DNA from: Nitrospirota bacterium | GTDB taxonomy: Bacteria > Nitrospirota > Nitrospiria > Nitrospirales > Nitrospiraceae | Assembly: GCA_963701855.1 (NCBI GenBank) | Contig: CAVPBK010000014.1 | Location: forward strand, 32,001 to 96,000 | DNA: 64,000 nt | Direction: 5' to 3' | Shown: piece after piece, positions 40,408 to 50,932 of the stretch | How positions within the stretch are numbered: the stretch's first letter is position 1 | Layout of the letters: every line of letters begins with the position of its first letter | The notes under the pieces: generated by a model | The model's database searches: none | The model's input: only the letters and a program-made list of their open reading frames with translations | What the model was told of the DNA's origin: nothing | Made by a program: the position numbers and the translations under genes

Positions 40408-40755
40408 GTGGCAGGTGATGCACTCAAAGTCGAAGATGCAACGTGGGATGCAGAGGTCATAAAATCTTCCGAACTCGTGATGGTAGATTTTTGGGCTGTC
40501 TGGTGCGGTCCTTGCCAGATGGTCGCTCCGGTCATCGAAGAATTGAGCAAAGAGTATGCGGGAAAGATGAAGGTACGGAAGCTCAATACCGATGAAAACC
40601 CAGAGGTCGCAGGCCGCTATCAGGTGATGAGTATCCCGACAATTCTGTTTTTCAAGAATGGGCAGGTTGTGGAGAAACTCGTTGGGGCGCGACCGAAGCG
40701 TCAGTTCAAGGACATGATCGATTCGTTGCTGGCGCAACCAGCCGGCTCAGCCTAA
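40408..40755 (+). CDS. trxA: Thioredoxin
   Basis: DFWAVWCGPC, MSIPT; GTG start behind AAGGAGG. Confidence 0.96.
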   Translation: MAGDALKVEDATWDAEVIKSSELVMVDFWAVWCGPCQMVAPVIEELSKEYAGKMKVRKLNTDENPEVAGRYQVMSIPTILFFKNGQVVEKLVGARPKRQFKDMIDSLLAQPAGSA

Positions 40756-40776
40756 GGATTGTAGTCACCTGCCGCA

Positions 40777-42468
40777 ATGCTCACCGAGCTGCGCATTGTC
40801 AATTTCGCGCTCATTGAGCAGCTCAGTCTTCAATTCCAGTCCGGGTTTACGGTCCTGACCGGAGAGACCGGGGCCGGTAAATCTCTCCTCATTGATGCTA
40901 TTGCCTTGTTGGTCGGTGGGCGAGCCTCGACCGACCAGATCCGTTCCGGAGAAGACGAGGCCCAGCTCGAAGCAGCGTTCCACCTCCCGGACACCCATCC
41001 CCTCCTTCAACGCCTTCGGCTACACGAAATCGTTGGTCGGAACGAGTCTGAACTGATTCTTCGGCGGGTGCTCTCTCGATCGGGTCGCCACCGGGTGTAT
41101 GTCAATGGCAGCCTATGCCCCCTGCGTGTGCTCGAAGAACTTGGCGGCACCCTCGTTGATATCCATGGCCAGCATGAGCAGCAATCGCTATTAGTGATCG
41201 CCAAACAATTGGACGCTCTTGATGGATTCGGGCGTCTCTACGAGCTACGCGGAAGGTACGAGCAAGCTCACCAGGGATGGAAGGAACTGCGCAAGCAATT
41301 GGATGTCTTGGAGAGTGACGTCGTTGACCGTGCAAGACGTGAGGATATGTTGCGGTTCCAGGTTCGGGAGATCGAACAAGCCGGTCTGCTGCCTGATGAA
41401 GAAGAGCGGCTCCGCAGCGAGCGGCAGCGACTGGTACATGCGCAGCGGCTCAGGGAATTGGCTCATGAGGCGCATGTCGAGTTACAGGCGGATGAGCAGG
41501 CTGTCCTCACCAGGCTGGGGCGGATCGGGAAAATCCTTGCAGAGTTGGCCCACACCGATCCGGCGATGGGTGATTGCGAACATGTGGCGACGGAGTCGGC
41601 GATCCAACTCAAAGAACTTGCCGGGAGGCTGCGCGACTATGCACAAGAGTTAGAGGCTGATCCTGACCGACAGGCTGTCGTGGAAGACCGGCTTGACTTG
41701 ATCCAACAGTTGACGAAAAAATATGGAGGGTCGGTTGATGCGGTATTAACGACTGGCAGACGAGTGCAGGAGGAACTTCAGTTATTGGACAATCATCAGG
41801 AGAGAACTGCCGAGTTGGCCGCGCAGCTGGGCGAAGAAGCCCGCCGTCTTCGCACGCTGGCAGCGCAGCTGTCCAAGAAGCGAATTGATGCGGCCAAACG
41901 GATGACGACGCTGGTGGGAACGGAGCTGGCAGCGTTGAAGATGGAGCAGGCGATCTTTCAGGTCGTGGTCTCGGTCGATGAGTCGGCCGAGGGATTTGGA
42001 CCAGCTGGGCGTGATCGAGTGGAATTCCTTCTCTCTAGCAATCGGGGTGAGCCGCCGAGACCGCTGGGCCGGGTGGCGTCCGGTGGGGAACTCTCACGTA
42101 TTATGTTGGCGCTCAAGACAGTGTTGGCCGAGATGGACCAGGTTCCAGTCCTGGTTTTCGACGAAATTGATACAGGGGTCGGTGGGGCAGTCGCTGCAGC
42201 CATGGGAACGAGACTGCGTAAGCTCGGATCATTTCATCAGGTGTTTTGCATCACCCATCTTCCGCAGGTCGCGTCTCAAGCGGAGCACCATCTGCTCGTG
42301 GAAAAGGGCTTGGATAGTCAACGAACATCCACGTCGGTCAGAGTGCTCAAGGGGATGGGGCGAGAAGAAGAGATCGCCAGAATGCTGAGCGGTCCAACCA
42401 TTACGAAAAAAGTGCGTGAAACGGCAGCGGAACTCATTGCAGGGGCGAAGGGGAAGCGGTCTGAGTGA
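40777..42468 (+). CDS. recN: DNA repair protein RecN
   Basis: TGETGAGKS, IHGQHEQQ, ASGGELSR, FDEIDTGVGG, ITHLPQVA. Confidence 0.98.
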   Translation: MLTELRIVNFALIEQLSLQFQSGFTVLTGETGAGKSLLIDAIALLVGGRASTDQIRSGEDEAQLEAAFHLPDTHPLLQRLRLHEIVGRNESELILRRVLSRSGRHRVYVNGSLCPLRVLEELGGTLVDIHGQHEQQSLLVIAKQLDALDGFGRLYELRGRYEQAHQGWKELRKQLDVLESDVVDRARREDMLRFQVREIEQAGLLPDEEERLRSERQRLVHAQRLRELAHEAHVELQADEQAVLTRLGRIGKILAELAHTDPAMGDCEHVATESAIQLKELAGRLRDYAQELEADPDRQAVVEDRLDLIQQLTKKYGGSVDAVLTTGRRVQEELQLLDNHQERTAELAAQLGEEARRLRTLAAQLSKKRIDAAKRMTTLVGTELAALKMEQAIFQVVVSVDESAEGFGPAGRDRVEFLLSSNRGEPPRPLGRVASGGELSRIMLALKTVLAEMDQVPVLVFDEIDTGVGGAVAAAMGTRLRKLGSFHQVFCITHLPQVASQAEHHLLVEKGLDSQRTSTSVRVLKGMGREEEIARMLSGPTITKKVRETAAELIAGAKGKRSE

Positions 42469-42549
42469 TCTGGTTCATCTAGTTTATCTGATTAGTCTGG
42501 TTTTACCAAATAAACATGACAAACCTATTAAGCAAGACAGGCTGACGGG

Positions 42550-43701
42550 CTAGAAGTCAGATCGGTCGGTCGGCGTAGTCGCGATTGCCATGGCAGGAAG
42601 GGATGCCTTGTATTCCTTGACTACGCGAGAAAACAGGTCGGTCAGCTTCGGTTCGAAGTGAGTGCCGGCATACGCAAGCATCTGTTGGCAGGCGTCATCG
42701 ATTGAAAGGGGGGTCCGGCCAGGAAGTTCTGCGGTCAGATGGTCGAATGTTTGGGCCAGGCAAACAATGCGGGCTAGTTGAGGAATGCCTTCTCCCTGAA
42801 GTCCAAATGGATAGCCTGAGCCATCCCACCGTTCATGATGATAGGCAATCATCTGTCCTACCTCAGCCGGAAGTGCCAGCGGTAATACGAGTTTCGCCCC
42901 CTGCTCCGGGTGATGTCGATTACCGACAGCTTCTCCGGTCCCAATGATTTCATCGTCGGCAAAATGATAGGGCTCAGGCCCAATCTTGCCGATGTCGTGG
43001 AGGAACGCTCCCAACGCCAACGATTTCTGTTCAGCGAGTGTCAGGTTGATGCGATTTGCCAAGAGAGTGGCGTAGAAGCTGACTCGACTGCAATGGTTGA
43101 GCAACTGGCGATCTTTAGCTTCAAGCAGGTCGGAGAACAGAGGGAGAAGGTCCGGCATGGATTCGGAGCTGGACGCATGGTCTAACGTCGGTTTTCCGAT
43201 CGCCTGGTATCCCGTGATCAACTCCTTCCAGGCTTGTGCGCTTTCTGTTTCTGAACCCCAGAGATCGCTCGATGTTTCGATAAAACGCCTGAGGAAGTCG
43301 AGCCGTTGTTTCTTTTCGAGTGTTTGGTTGACGAGGGAAAGCAATTCCGTGACGTTGAAGGGTTTGAGCAGGTATCCGGCGGCGCCATGGCGTATTCCAT
43401 CCATGGCGGATTTTAAGCTGCCGTATCCGGTAATGATGATGACTTCAACGTTGGCGTGGTGATGCTTGATGTCCTGAAGGAGATCCATGCCTTGACGATC
43501 TGGAAGTTTCTGATCGAGTGTGATGAGGTCGATCGGTTGGGAGTTCAGTACGTCAATCGCGGCACTGGCTGATTCCGCTGTCTGTATATTGAAAAATGGA
43601 CGGAGAATCACCTTCAGTGCGTCACGAGGTCCTGTCTCGTCGTCGATCACGAGCAAGGTTGGCTTATTTTTCGTTGATTCAGGAGTCACAGACAAGCTCA
43701 C
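42550..43701 (-). CDS. Response regulator with HD-GYP domain
   Basis: REC (LLVIDDE, TLDQKLP, YLLKPF) plus LHDIGK and HHERWDGSGYP. Confidence 0.92.
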   Translation of the reverse strand: MSLSVTPESTKNKPTLLVIDDETGPRDALKVILRPFFNIQTAESASAAIDVLNSQPIDLITLDQKLPDRQGMDLLQDIKHHHANVEVIIITGYGSLKSAMDGIRHGAAGYLLKPFNVTELLSLVNQTLEKKQRLDFLRRFIETSSDLWGSETESAQAWKELITGYQAIGKPTLDHASSSESMPDLLPLFSDLLEAKDRQLLNHCSRVSFYATLLANRINLTLAEQKSLALGAFLHDIGKIGPEPYHFADDEIIGTGEAVGNRHHPEQGAKLVLPLALPAEVGQMIAYHHERWDGSGYPFGLQGEGIPQLARIVCLAQTFDHLTAELPGRTPLSIDDACQQMLAYAGTHFEPKLTDLFSRVVKEYKASLPAMAIATTPTDRSDF

Positions 43702-43735
43702 AGGTGTCCTCTAGGGCTAACTATGTATTTTGCAG

Positions 43736-43750
43736 GCAATTCTTGTTCCA
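43736..43750 (-). promoter_or_regulatory. Putative sigma54 (-24/-12) promoter
   Basis: Minus strand TGGAAC-AAGAA-TTGC versus consensus TGGCAC-N5-TTGC, about 35 nt before the HD-GYP start. Confidence 0.65.
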
Positions 43751-43902
43751 TTTCAGTGAGTTAGCATCCAGGCCTCAATGGAGTGTGGCTTGTGCATGAT
43801 CTCGACCCATATGTAGTTTTCTTGAACGGAACACTACGTACACTAAAAAGGAGATCTCATGTCAAATTGTGCAAAAAAGACGCAGTGAGGGGAGTGGTTG
43901 TG

Positions 43903-45337
43903 CTATTCCTGCACTACTGCCGGAGGTTCTTCGGTGCTGACTTCCTGATCGGGTCTGCCGATTCCGAGCGTGTCCATGCGGTATTTGAGCATCCGGCGGC
44001 TGATTCCCAACAGTTCGGCGGCATGGGTTTGGACATAGTTCTTTCGTTTGAGGGCATCCAAGATAATCTCGCGCTCGAATTCCATGACAGCTTTTTCGAG
44101 CGATAGGCGGCCAGAGAGTGTGTCGTCGCGGAGTGAAGAGGATCGGGTGTCGTTCTTGAGAACGTTCGGGAGATGTTCGGGGGTGATAGTGTCCGATCCC
44201 TTGGACCAAATGAACGCCTGTTCAATGATGTTCTCCATCTCTCGCACATTTCCCGGCCAGGGATAGCGGGACAGAAGGTTCGACGGCATCTTTGGAAAAC
44301 TCTTGGGACGGACGGTTGTCTTCTTCGATTCGTTTGGCCAGAAAATGTTTGGCGAGGAGGGGGACGTCTTCACCGCGTTCCCGGAGCGGGGGCAAATAGA
44401 GCGCAATGACGTTGATGCGGTAGTAAAGGTCTTCACGGAATTGCCCTTTGCGAACAAGCTCCTCGAGATTCTTGTTTGTTGCCGCCACGATGCGCACATC
44501 CACCTTGATGGATTGCACGCCACCAACTCTGGTGAATTCTCGTTCTTGCAACACACGCAACAGCTTGGCTTGCGTCATGGCGCTGAGGTCGCCGATCTCG
44601 TCGAGGAAGAGGGTGCCGTTATTGGCGAGCTCAAATTGCCCGACTCGACGAGCTGTGGCATCCGTGAACGAGCCTTTCTCATGGCCGAACAACTCACTCT
44701 CGATGAGCGTTTCAGGAATGGCTGCGCAGTTCAGCGCGATGAAGGGACGCTCGCGCCTGGCGCTATTATTATAGTGGAGTGCCTTGGCGACCAGTTCCTT
44801 TCCCGTACCGCTCTCTCCGGCGATTAGGACGGTTGTGCGGCTGTCGGCGACTTGCTCGATCTTGGTGTAGATGTCCTGCATCGACTGGCTCTTGCCGATC
44901 AGGTTGTGAAAGGCATAGCGCCGAACGACTTGAGCACGGAGTTGCTTCACTTCCCGTTGGAGTTCCTGGTCCTTGAGCGCGTGCTCGACGATCATGCGGA
45001 GTTCTTCCACATCGAAGGGTTTCGAGAGATAGTCGGCTGCGCCGAACTTCATCGCATCGACGGCGGTTTTGACCGATTTCGTTCCAGTCAGCATGATGAC
45101 CTGTGCAGTACGGTCTTCGGCGCGTAGGGTTTGGAGTACCGAAAGCCCGTCGGTACCTGGAAGAATCACGTCTAGGAGAACCAAATGGGGGGCTTCCTTG
45201 CGAAATAACTCGAGGCCCTCCTGAGCGTCTGCGGCTTGGATCGTTTCGTAGGTCGGCTCCAGCACTGCTTTTAATGAGGCCCGAACCCGGACCTCGTCAT
45301 CGATCAACAACACTCGTTTTTTCATGCTGGTTTCCAT
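43903..45337 (-). pseudogene. Sigma54-dependent response regulator (NtrC family) split by a +1 frameshift near 44277
   Basis: REC, GESGTGKE, ESELFGHEKGSFTDA, LFLDEIG in ORF 44222-45337; YPWPGNVRE and HTH (THAAELLGISRRML) continue in the frame ending at 43903. Confidence 0.85.
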
Positions 45338-45351
45338 TAAGGTGTCGTCGG

Positions 45352-46656
45352 CTAGGCGGGTAACGCGGGCAGGCTCACGAAAAACGTGGTGCCGACACCG
45401 ACCGAACTCTTTACCCGGATCTCGCCGTGATGTTCTTGAATAATTTGATGGACAATCGTCAATCCCAGTCCCGTTCCTTCGTGTTCTCCGCTTTCGTGTT
45501 TCGTCGTGAAAAATGGGTCGAAAATATGTTCGAGATTCGTCTCCTGGATTCCCTCACCGGTATCCTCAATTTCGATGTGAGCCCAGACTTTTCCTCCAGG
45601 CCTCTCCAGCTTGCGGGTCTGAACGCGTAACCGCCCACCGGCTTCTGCCATCGAGTCCATGGCATTGAGGAGGAGATTGAGCAGAACTTGCTTGATTTGC
45701 TGCCTGTCCAGCATGACACGAGGCAGGTCGGACGCCAACTCTTTTTCAATCTTGATTCCATGGCTGTCGGCCTTAACATCGATGAAATACAAGCACGAGG
45801 TGACAATGTCGTTGAAATCCTCGTCCGTCAGCTTGGGTTCCATGTATCGGGCGTAATCGAGAATTTCTTGAATCAGCCGTTCGATTCGAAACACATCATC
45901 GAGTACCACTTTGCTGAATTCTTGAATAAACTGGGGATCGTCTTTCCGTTCAGGAGCCAATTGAATAAAGGTCTTAATCGATGTGAGAGGGTTTCTGATC
46001 TCATGGGCAAAGCCGCCGGCGATCGTCTCCAGGGACTTGAGCCGATCCGTGCGTTTCATAAGCGTGTGCGAGCGATGAAGTTCTTCGTACAGCACAATGG
46101 TATCTAGCGCATTCGTGGCGGTTTGTGCCAGCGCGGCGAGCGTGGATCTGGTCAGGTCAGTTTCTCCGGCCATAGGTATTGCGGCACCGAGAAGTGAAAA
46201 GGCAATAAGACGGCCTTTAATGAGGTGTGGCACGATACGTGTGGTCTGCATGGCTTCCATGGCCGCGCGTGCGCCGGCTAAGGAGTCGGATTCTTGGAGA
46301 CCTTCTGCCGAGTCGTCCTGTGTCATGATCCGGTTGGTTGCGAGCAGGTGGTGAGGCAGAGGATGGCTCATGGGCAGCGTCGGAGGAATAAGCATGGGAG
46401 CGGTTGGGCCAACCATGCTGGCGCGGCGATAGAATTCATGTTCGCGATCCAGCAGGAACAGCGTCCCATGGGTAGTGGCACCTGCTCGACAGAGTTCTTG
46501 GATAATACGATTTCCGAGCGTCGTGAGGTCGGTCATCGTTCCCAGGTCTGCCGCAAATCGTGTGACGACGTTCAATAGCTCACTGGAGGAAGGCATCAAG
46601 ACGTTGGTATTCGGTGAATGTGATGTCATAAGAAACAGGGCGCACAAGAGCACCAC
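45352..46656 (-). CDS. Sensor histidine kinase with GAF-like input
   Basis: AHEIRNPL, NLLLNA, DTGEGI, FDPFFTTK, GTGLGL. Confidence 0.94.
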   Translation of the reverse strand: MVLLCALFLMTSHSPNTNVLMPSSSELLNVVTRFAADLGTMTDLTTLGNRIIQELCRAGATTHGTLFLLDREHEFYRRASMVGPTAPMLIPPTLPMSHPLPHHLLATNRIMTQDDSAEGLQESDSLAGARAAMEAMQTTRIVPHLIKGRLIAFSLLGAAIPMAGETDLTRSTLAALAQTATNALDTIVLYEELHRSHTLMKRTDRLKSLETIAGGFAHEIRNPLTSIKTFIQLAPERKDDPQFIQEFSKVVLDDVFRIERLIQEILDYARYMEPKLTDEDFNDIVTSCLYFIDVKADSHGIKIEKELASDLPRVMLDRQQIKQVLLNLLLNAMDSMAEAGGRLRVQTRKLERPGGKVWAHIEIEDTGEGIQETNLEHIFDPFFTTKHESGEHEGTGLGLTIVHQIIQEHHGEIRVKSSVGVGTTFFVSLPALPA

Positions 46657-46744
46657 GTGGCCTACAAGTGGAACTGTTGACTGAGTATGACTAGCTTATG
46701 TGTTCAAAGATGTACAGGTGAGAGTATACACAGCCAGGGTACGT

Positions 46745-49700
46745 TCAGCTAGCAGATTTACTTTTATCAATGACGGCAAAGAAGGCCTGCCCATCAAGCG
46801 CAGGAAGGATGCGGGGTGTGAGGATACCGGCCTGCTGAAGGAGCGAGGCGAGTGAAGGTTGGTCGAACGTGTGCAGTAATCCATGCCGGATGGCCTCTCT
46901 GAGTCTGCCAAAGTAGTGCAGGGCGGTGTGGGCGGGTGGACTAAATTCATCCTGATTCGTGCTGTGCAGATGCCGGCGATAGAGCACCGAGAGATCGGTG
47001 TCGGGGTGGAGGACTGTGAGAACTAAGCGCCCTTGCGGATGGAGCGTGCGGTATAGCTCCCGAATTGTAACCAGTGGAGAGGGGACGAACGGGAGCGACA
47101 GATTGCAGACGATGCGATGGAGGGACTGGTCCTTAAATGGAAGGCCCTGCGTCCAATCAACGTGCATCCATTCGGTGGTCAGGGGGGGGTGGACAGTGAG
47201 GGTGCCTCCGAAGTCACTGTCGAGTTCCCGCTGTAAGGCACGAAGACTCTGTCGGGCCTGCGTCAGCGGATCTTGAAAAAGCCCCAGGCCGATCATGTGA
47301 ACGGGACGCGCTGGGCTCCATCCACGCTGCCGTGAGCGGTAGGCCTGGTTGACCATTGTGGCCCGGACTAAATCACCGTGGCCGACTCCCACATCCACCA
47401 GTACGGAGTTTGGCTCAAGCGGGCTGAGTAGGCGATAAAGATCGTCCAACAGTTTCCAGTATTCATGGAGGTTCCCGAGTTGGGGAAGCTGCTGCAGGTG
47501 CGTGAACCTCAAGGCCGCACGTGTGAACTGCGAGAGATTGTGGCGAAGACGGGTACGCTCTAGCTCGATGTGCCGTTGACGGCTGAGCTTGTGACGGGTC
47601 TGTGCGTGGAATTCAGCAGGAATGGTCGGCAGCGAAACGGTTGCAGCGATCTGTTCCAGTATCTGCCGGAAGGCCGGGGAGTGTGGTTCGTTGAGTGGGA
47701 GATCCTGGCCAATCAACGGTGCGGAGATTGTTCCCAGACTGGTATGGGCCCCCAGCGCAGTGAGAAATGCCTGTGGAAGATCAGCCGGAGGCCATGGTCC
47801 GAGCGGGCTGCTGGGAATAGTGAGAATGGCTGTTGGGGAACGAAGGAGGCGCAGGTCCGCAATGGTAGAAGCCAGATCAGTAAATTGGCCTGCGACGACA
47901 TCGCCGACAAAGTGATCGACATTGACATTGATCCCGAGCAGATTTGCGATGCCGCGTCGGAGTCCGTATTGGTGGTCGGCCACGAGATCATGACCATGAA
48001 CAATCATGAGCATGGCTTGAATATCAACGACAGGATTGATCAGGAGCAGCAGGTCGATGGGACGGGATTGCACTGCCGCTTTGAGGGCGACGCGTGCGGT
48101 CAGGTCGCTTGCCATGACGATCAGGGGAGCGGTTGGCCACGTATATTGCACAAACTCCACAACCTTTAGGAGGTCGGCTTGCATGCTCTGCAAGGTCGTC
48201 TGTTCCAGTTCGCCGTCGCTAAGCCCCAGATGGTCGGTGTGGTCGTACCTCAAGATTCGGAGCCGGTGATGCGCCAGGTAGTACGACAGGGTAATGGTAT
48301 CCAACGCGGTTTGACCATAACCGGGAGCGATGATGACGACCGGCGTGTTCGGTGCGAGCGATTGGCTAAGATGGTCGTCGACGATCATGATCGTCTGGCC
48401 GCGTGGATTTCGACACTCTCGAGGAATACTGACGATTGATGCGTGCTGTGAGGAGGAGTCCAATTTTCCAGGAGACATCAGATGCTGTTGAACGATACGG
48501 TTCACTTCGCGTTCAGCATAGGGTGTGAGGCCCTGAAAACAGAGGCCGACCTGAAGCGCAGGATCGGAGCCTTGGTCACGAAACTCCCTGGGCGCTGCGA
48601 GATTCGAAGCCGTCCAGACGATCTGGGCAGAGAGTGCGGAGTCCGGTGCGCCCGGTTCATGGGCTCCAGGGTGTTTCTGGACTTGTGTACCAGTGAAGTG
48701 CAATGTGGCAATACCACTCAGAAGTTCGGGGCGAGCGTTGAGGTGAAGGCAAACGCCGCCGCGACTGAGATTAGTGGTGAGTGCTTTGAAGAGGTGACTG
48801 TTTCCGGCAGGATCTGTGACGTCAAGCCGGACTGGGAGCTGCAAGGCCACCCGCACAGCTTCACGGGGGCCAAAATCTTTCTGCTCGTGTGATACAGAGG
48901 CGGTGATGGCTGCCAGTTCGATCTGCTGTCTTGCCGCAAGAAGTACTTCAAGAGAGAAGGGTAGGGCCTGCTCCTGCGCAGCTTGGACCAGTGAGGCCAG
49001 GACGGCGGATTCTTCCCGCTTGGGTGAATCAAATGCGATGATGAGATGAGAGACTGGCGTTCCGGAAGAAAGTGAGGTGGGCCGTTCCTGTGCCTTACCG
49101 TGCAGTTCGAGGATTCCCACGACAGTTTTGAGTACAACATAAGCATCTTGTGACGCAACGGAGGGGAAGTCGTTGGGGAGTGTAATGCAGGTCCCGCCGA
49201 CGCTGAGGTTGGAAATAGTGCCACTCCAGGTTGCTGACCCGACTGTGATCGCAGCAGGCAGGGTGGTTGAAATTCGAGGTGAGAGACGCCGTTCCTGCTG
49301 CCGACTGCCGGAAACGATTGTCGGAGCAGGCGCCGTTGTCGCTCTCTTTGTTTCAGGAGCGAGTCCGGGCTGTGCAGTAGAGACAGTAATCGGCAATGAG
49401 AGCATCTCACGTGTGGGGCGAGAGGCGATCGGAAGACGGAGGATTATACGGAGAGGGCCTTGCATCGGCGCAGACAAGTCCAAGGTGCCATTCAGTTGGC
49501 GGACAAGCTGATACGACTCGAGGAGATCAATGGGCGGGGGTGAAGTAGTCGGAGCTGTTGCCGACCCTACCGTTTCTGATTCGAGCAGCTCGACTTCCAC
49601 CTCGGTAGGCGGGCTGAGAGGAAATAGTGAGGGGGTGTCTGTTGAGACGGAAGAAGGCCCAACTGGGTGCGTGCTCACGATGAGTCGATGTGCACGGCCC

Positions 49701-50932
49701 ATTGTCAATAAATAGGTTTGCGCGTAGGCCAAGAGAGAACGAACGAGTGCTGTAACCTGCTCGCGATCGCCGACAAGGATGGAGAGGTGAGAGGAGAACT
49801 CCCGTATGATGCCGGCGCCATCCACGATTCCGGAAGTTGTGGACCTGAGTACGGTGTCAAGGATCTTGTTGATCGTATGTCCCGAGGTCTCTTTCTCGCT
49901 CTCGTGGAGTGCCTGCGTCAGCTGTGCGCCGAGTTTCGCTGCTTCTACGGCGTGGCTGGCAAGTGTTTCGGTTTGGTTGTCCAAACGTACCTCGCGAATC
50001 GTGGTGAGGAGTTGTTGGGACTGTGTTAGCAGTGAGGCCAGTGGATCGTGGAGCTGTTGGGACAACAGTGTGACTTGCTGGGCCAGCGCGAGCAACTCAT
50101 CCGTGCGCCGGAGTTGCTGGCGAAGTTGAAGGATCGTAGCGCCTTGCTGCTTGGATTGGGACAGGTCTCGGATCAGTCCCACTGTGCCGAGGAATCGGCG
50201 AAGAGTATCATAGAGTCCTCTGGCGGTTACCTCCGCCGTGAGGATCTGCGGCTTGTTGTCTTGCGTGGGCTTCCCTCGCAAGGTCAATTCAATGCGGCTG
50301 GTGCCTCGCGCTCCGGAGCGGCGTTCGTTGAGGCGAAACTGAGCCATCGTCTCCTGGTCGGGAGGAACGAGAGTGGTATAGGGCAATCCGATGATTTCAT
50401 CGGGAGAGTAGCCCAATAGTGTGACGATACCTGGGCTGATCGTCACGAAACAACCGCTGGCATCTAGTTCGTAGACAATGTCGCTGACTGATTCGATGAG
50501 CCGGCGATGGCGTTCGTGCCCGTAGTCCAGGGCTACTCTCAGGTGACGTATTTCGATGGCTTCCTTGGCACAGAACAGGAGCTCGGTGAGAAAGGCCGGA
50601 GATTTCTTCGAGAGGAAAAAGTCAACGTCGGCTTGGAGTGCTTGAAGTGCCGAGGCTGAGTCGGAGCGGTCGCTGTAGAGAATAATCCCCGCATAGGGTG
50701 CACGACGTTTGAGTTCGTCGGTCAGGGAGGAGTGGTATCCGGTGAGGCATTGTTCGTCGAGGAGGATGAGGATCCATTCGTGCGACAACGTCCATGCACG
50801 GGCTTCTTCGGCTGAATAGGCGACGTCCACGCGGCAGCCAGTAAAGAATCCTCGCAGACTGACGGTGATGAGTTTAATGGATTCAGCGTGTTCGCTGACA
50901 ATCAGGATAGTGAACGGCTCACTCTGCGGCAT
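46745..50932 (-). CDS. Multidomain signalling protein: REC - PAS - degenerate kinase - 2x PilZ - LuxD-like alpha/beta hydrolase - SAM methyltransferase
   Basis: LLGYSPDEIIG (PAS); ERRLSPR...NLSVGG and REAVR...NLSRGG (PilZ); IIAPGYG...LRYDHTDHLGLSDG (LuxD-like); VDVGVGHG...LPFKDQS...LHPQGRL (MTase). Confidence 0.8.
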   Translation of the reverse strand: MPQSEPFTILIVSEHAESIKLITVSLRGFFTGCRVDVAYSAEEARAWTLSHEWILILLDEQCLTGYHSSLTDELKRRAPYAGIILYSDRSDSASALQALQADVDFFLSKKSPAFLTELLFCAKEAIEIRHLRVALDYGHERHRRLIESVSDIVYELDASGCFVTISPGIVTLLGYSPDEIIGLPYTTLVPPDQETMAQFRLNERRSGARGTSRIELTLRGKPTQDNKPQILTAEVTARGLYDTLRRFLGTVGLIRDLSQSKQQGATILQLRQQLRRTDELLALAQQVTLLSQQLHDPLASLLTQSQQLLTTIREVRLDNQTETLASHAVEAAKLGAQLTQALHESEKETSGHTINKILDTVLRSTTSGIVDGAGIIREFSSHLSILVGDREQVTALVRSLLAYAQTYLLTMGRAHRLIVSTHPVGPSSVSTDTPSLFPLSPPTEVEVELLESETVGSATAPTTSPPPIDLLESYQLVRQLNGTLDLSAPMQGPLRIILRLPIASRPTREMLSLPITVSTAQPGLAPETKRATTAPAPTIVSGSRQQERRLSPRISTTLPAAITVGSATWSGTISNLSVGGTCITLPNDFPSVASQDAYVVLKTVVGILELHGKAQERPTSLSSGTPVSHLIIAFDSPKREESAVLASLVQAAQEQALPFSLEVLLAARQQIELAAITASVSHEQKDFGPREAVRVALQLPVRLDVTDPAGNSHLFKALTTNLSRGGVCLHLNARPELLSGIATLHFTGTQVQKHPGAHEPGAPDSALSAQIVWTASNLAAPREFRDQGSDPALQVGLCFQGLTPYAEREVNRIVQQHLMSPGKLDSSSQHASIVSIPRECRNPRGQTIMIVDDHLSQSLAPNTPVVIIAPGYGQTALDTITLSYYLAHHRLRILRYDHTDHLGLSDGELEQTTLQSMQADLLKVVEFVQYTWPTAPLIVMASDLTARVALKAAVQSRPIDLLLLINPVVDIQAMLMIVHGHDLVADHQYGLRRGIANLLGINVNVDHFVGDVVAGQFTDLASTIADLRLLRSPTAILTIPSSPLGPWPPADLPQAFLTALGAHTSLGTISAPLIGQDLPLNEPHSPAFRQILEQIAATVSLPTIPAEFHAQTRHKLSRQRHIELERTRLRHNLSQFTRAALRFTHLQQLPQLGNLHEYWKLLDDLYRLLSPLEPNSVLVDVGVGHGDLVRATMVNQAYRSRQRGWSPARPVHMIGLGLFQDPLTQARQSLRALQRELDSDFGGTLTVHPPLTTEWMHVDWTQGLPFKDQSLHRIVCNLSLPFVPSPLVTIRELYRTLHPQGRLVLTVLHPDTDLSVLYRRHLHSTNQDEFSPPAHTALHYFGRLREAIRHGLLHTFDQPSLASLLQQAGILTPRILPALDGQAFFAVIDKSKSAS

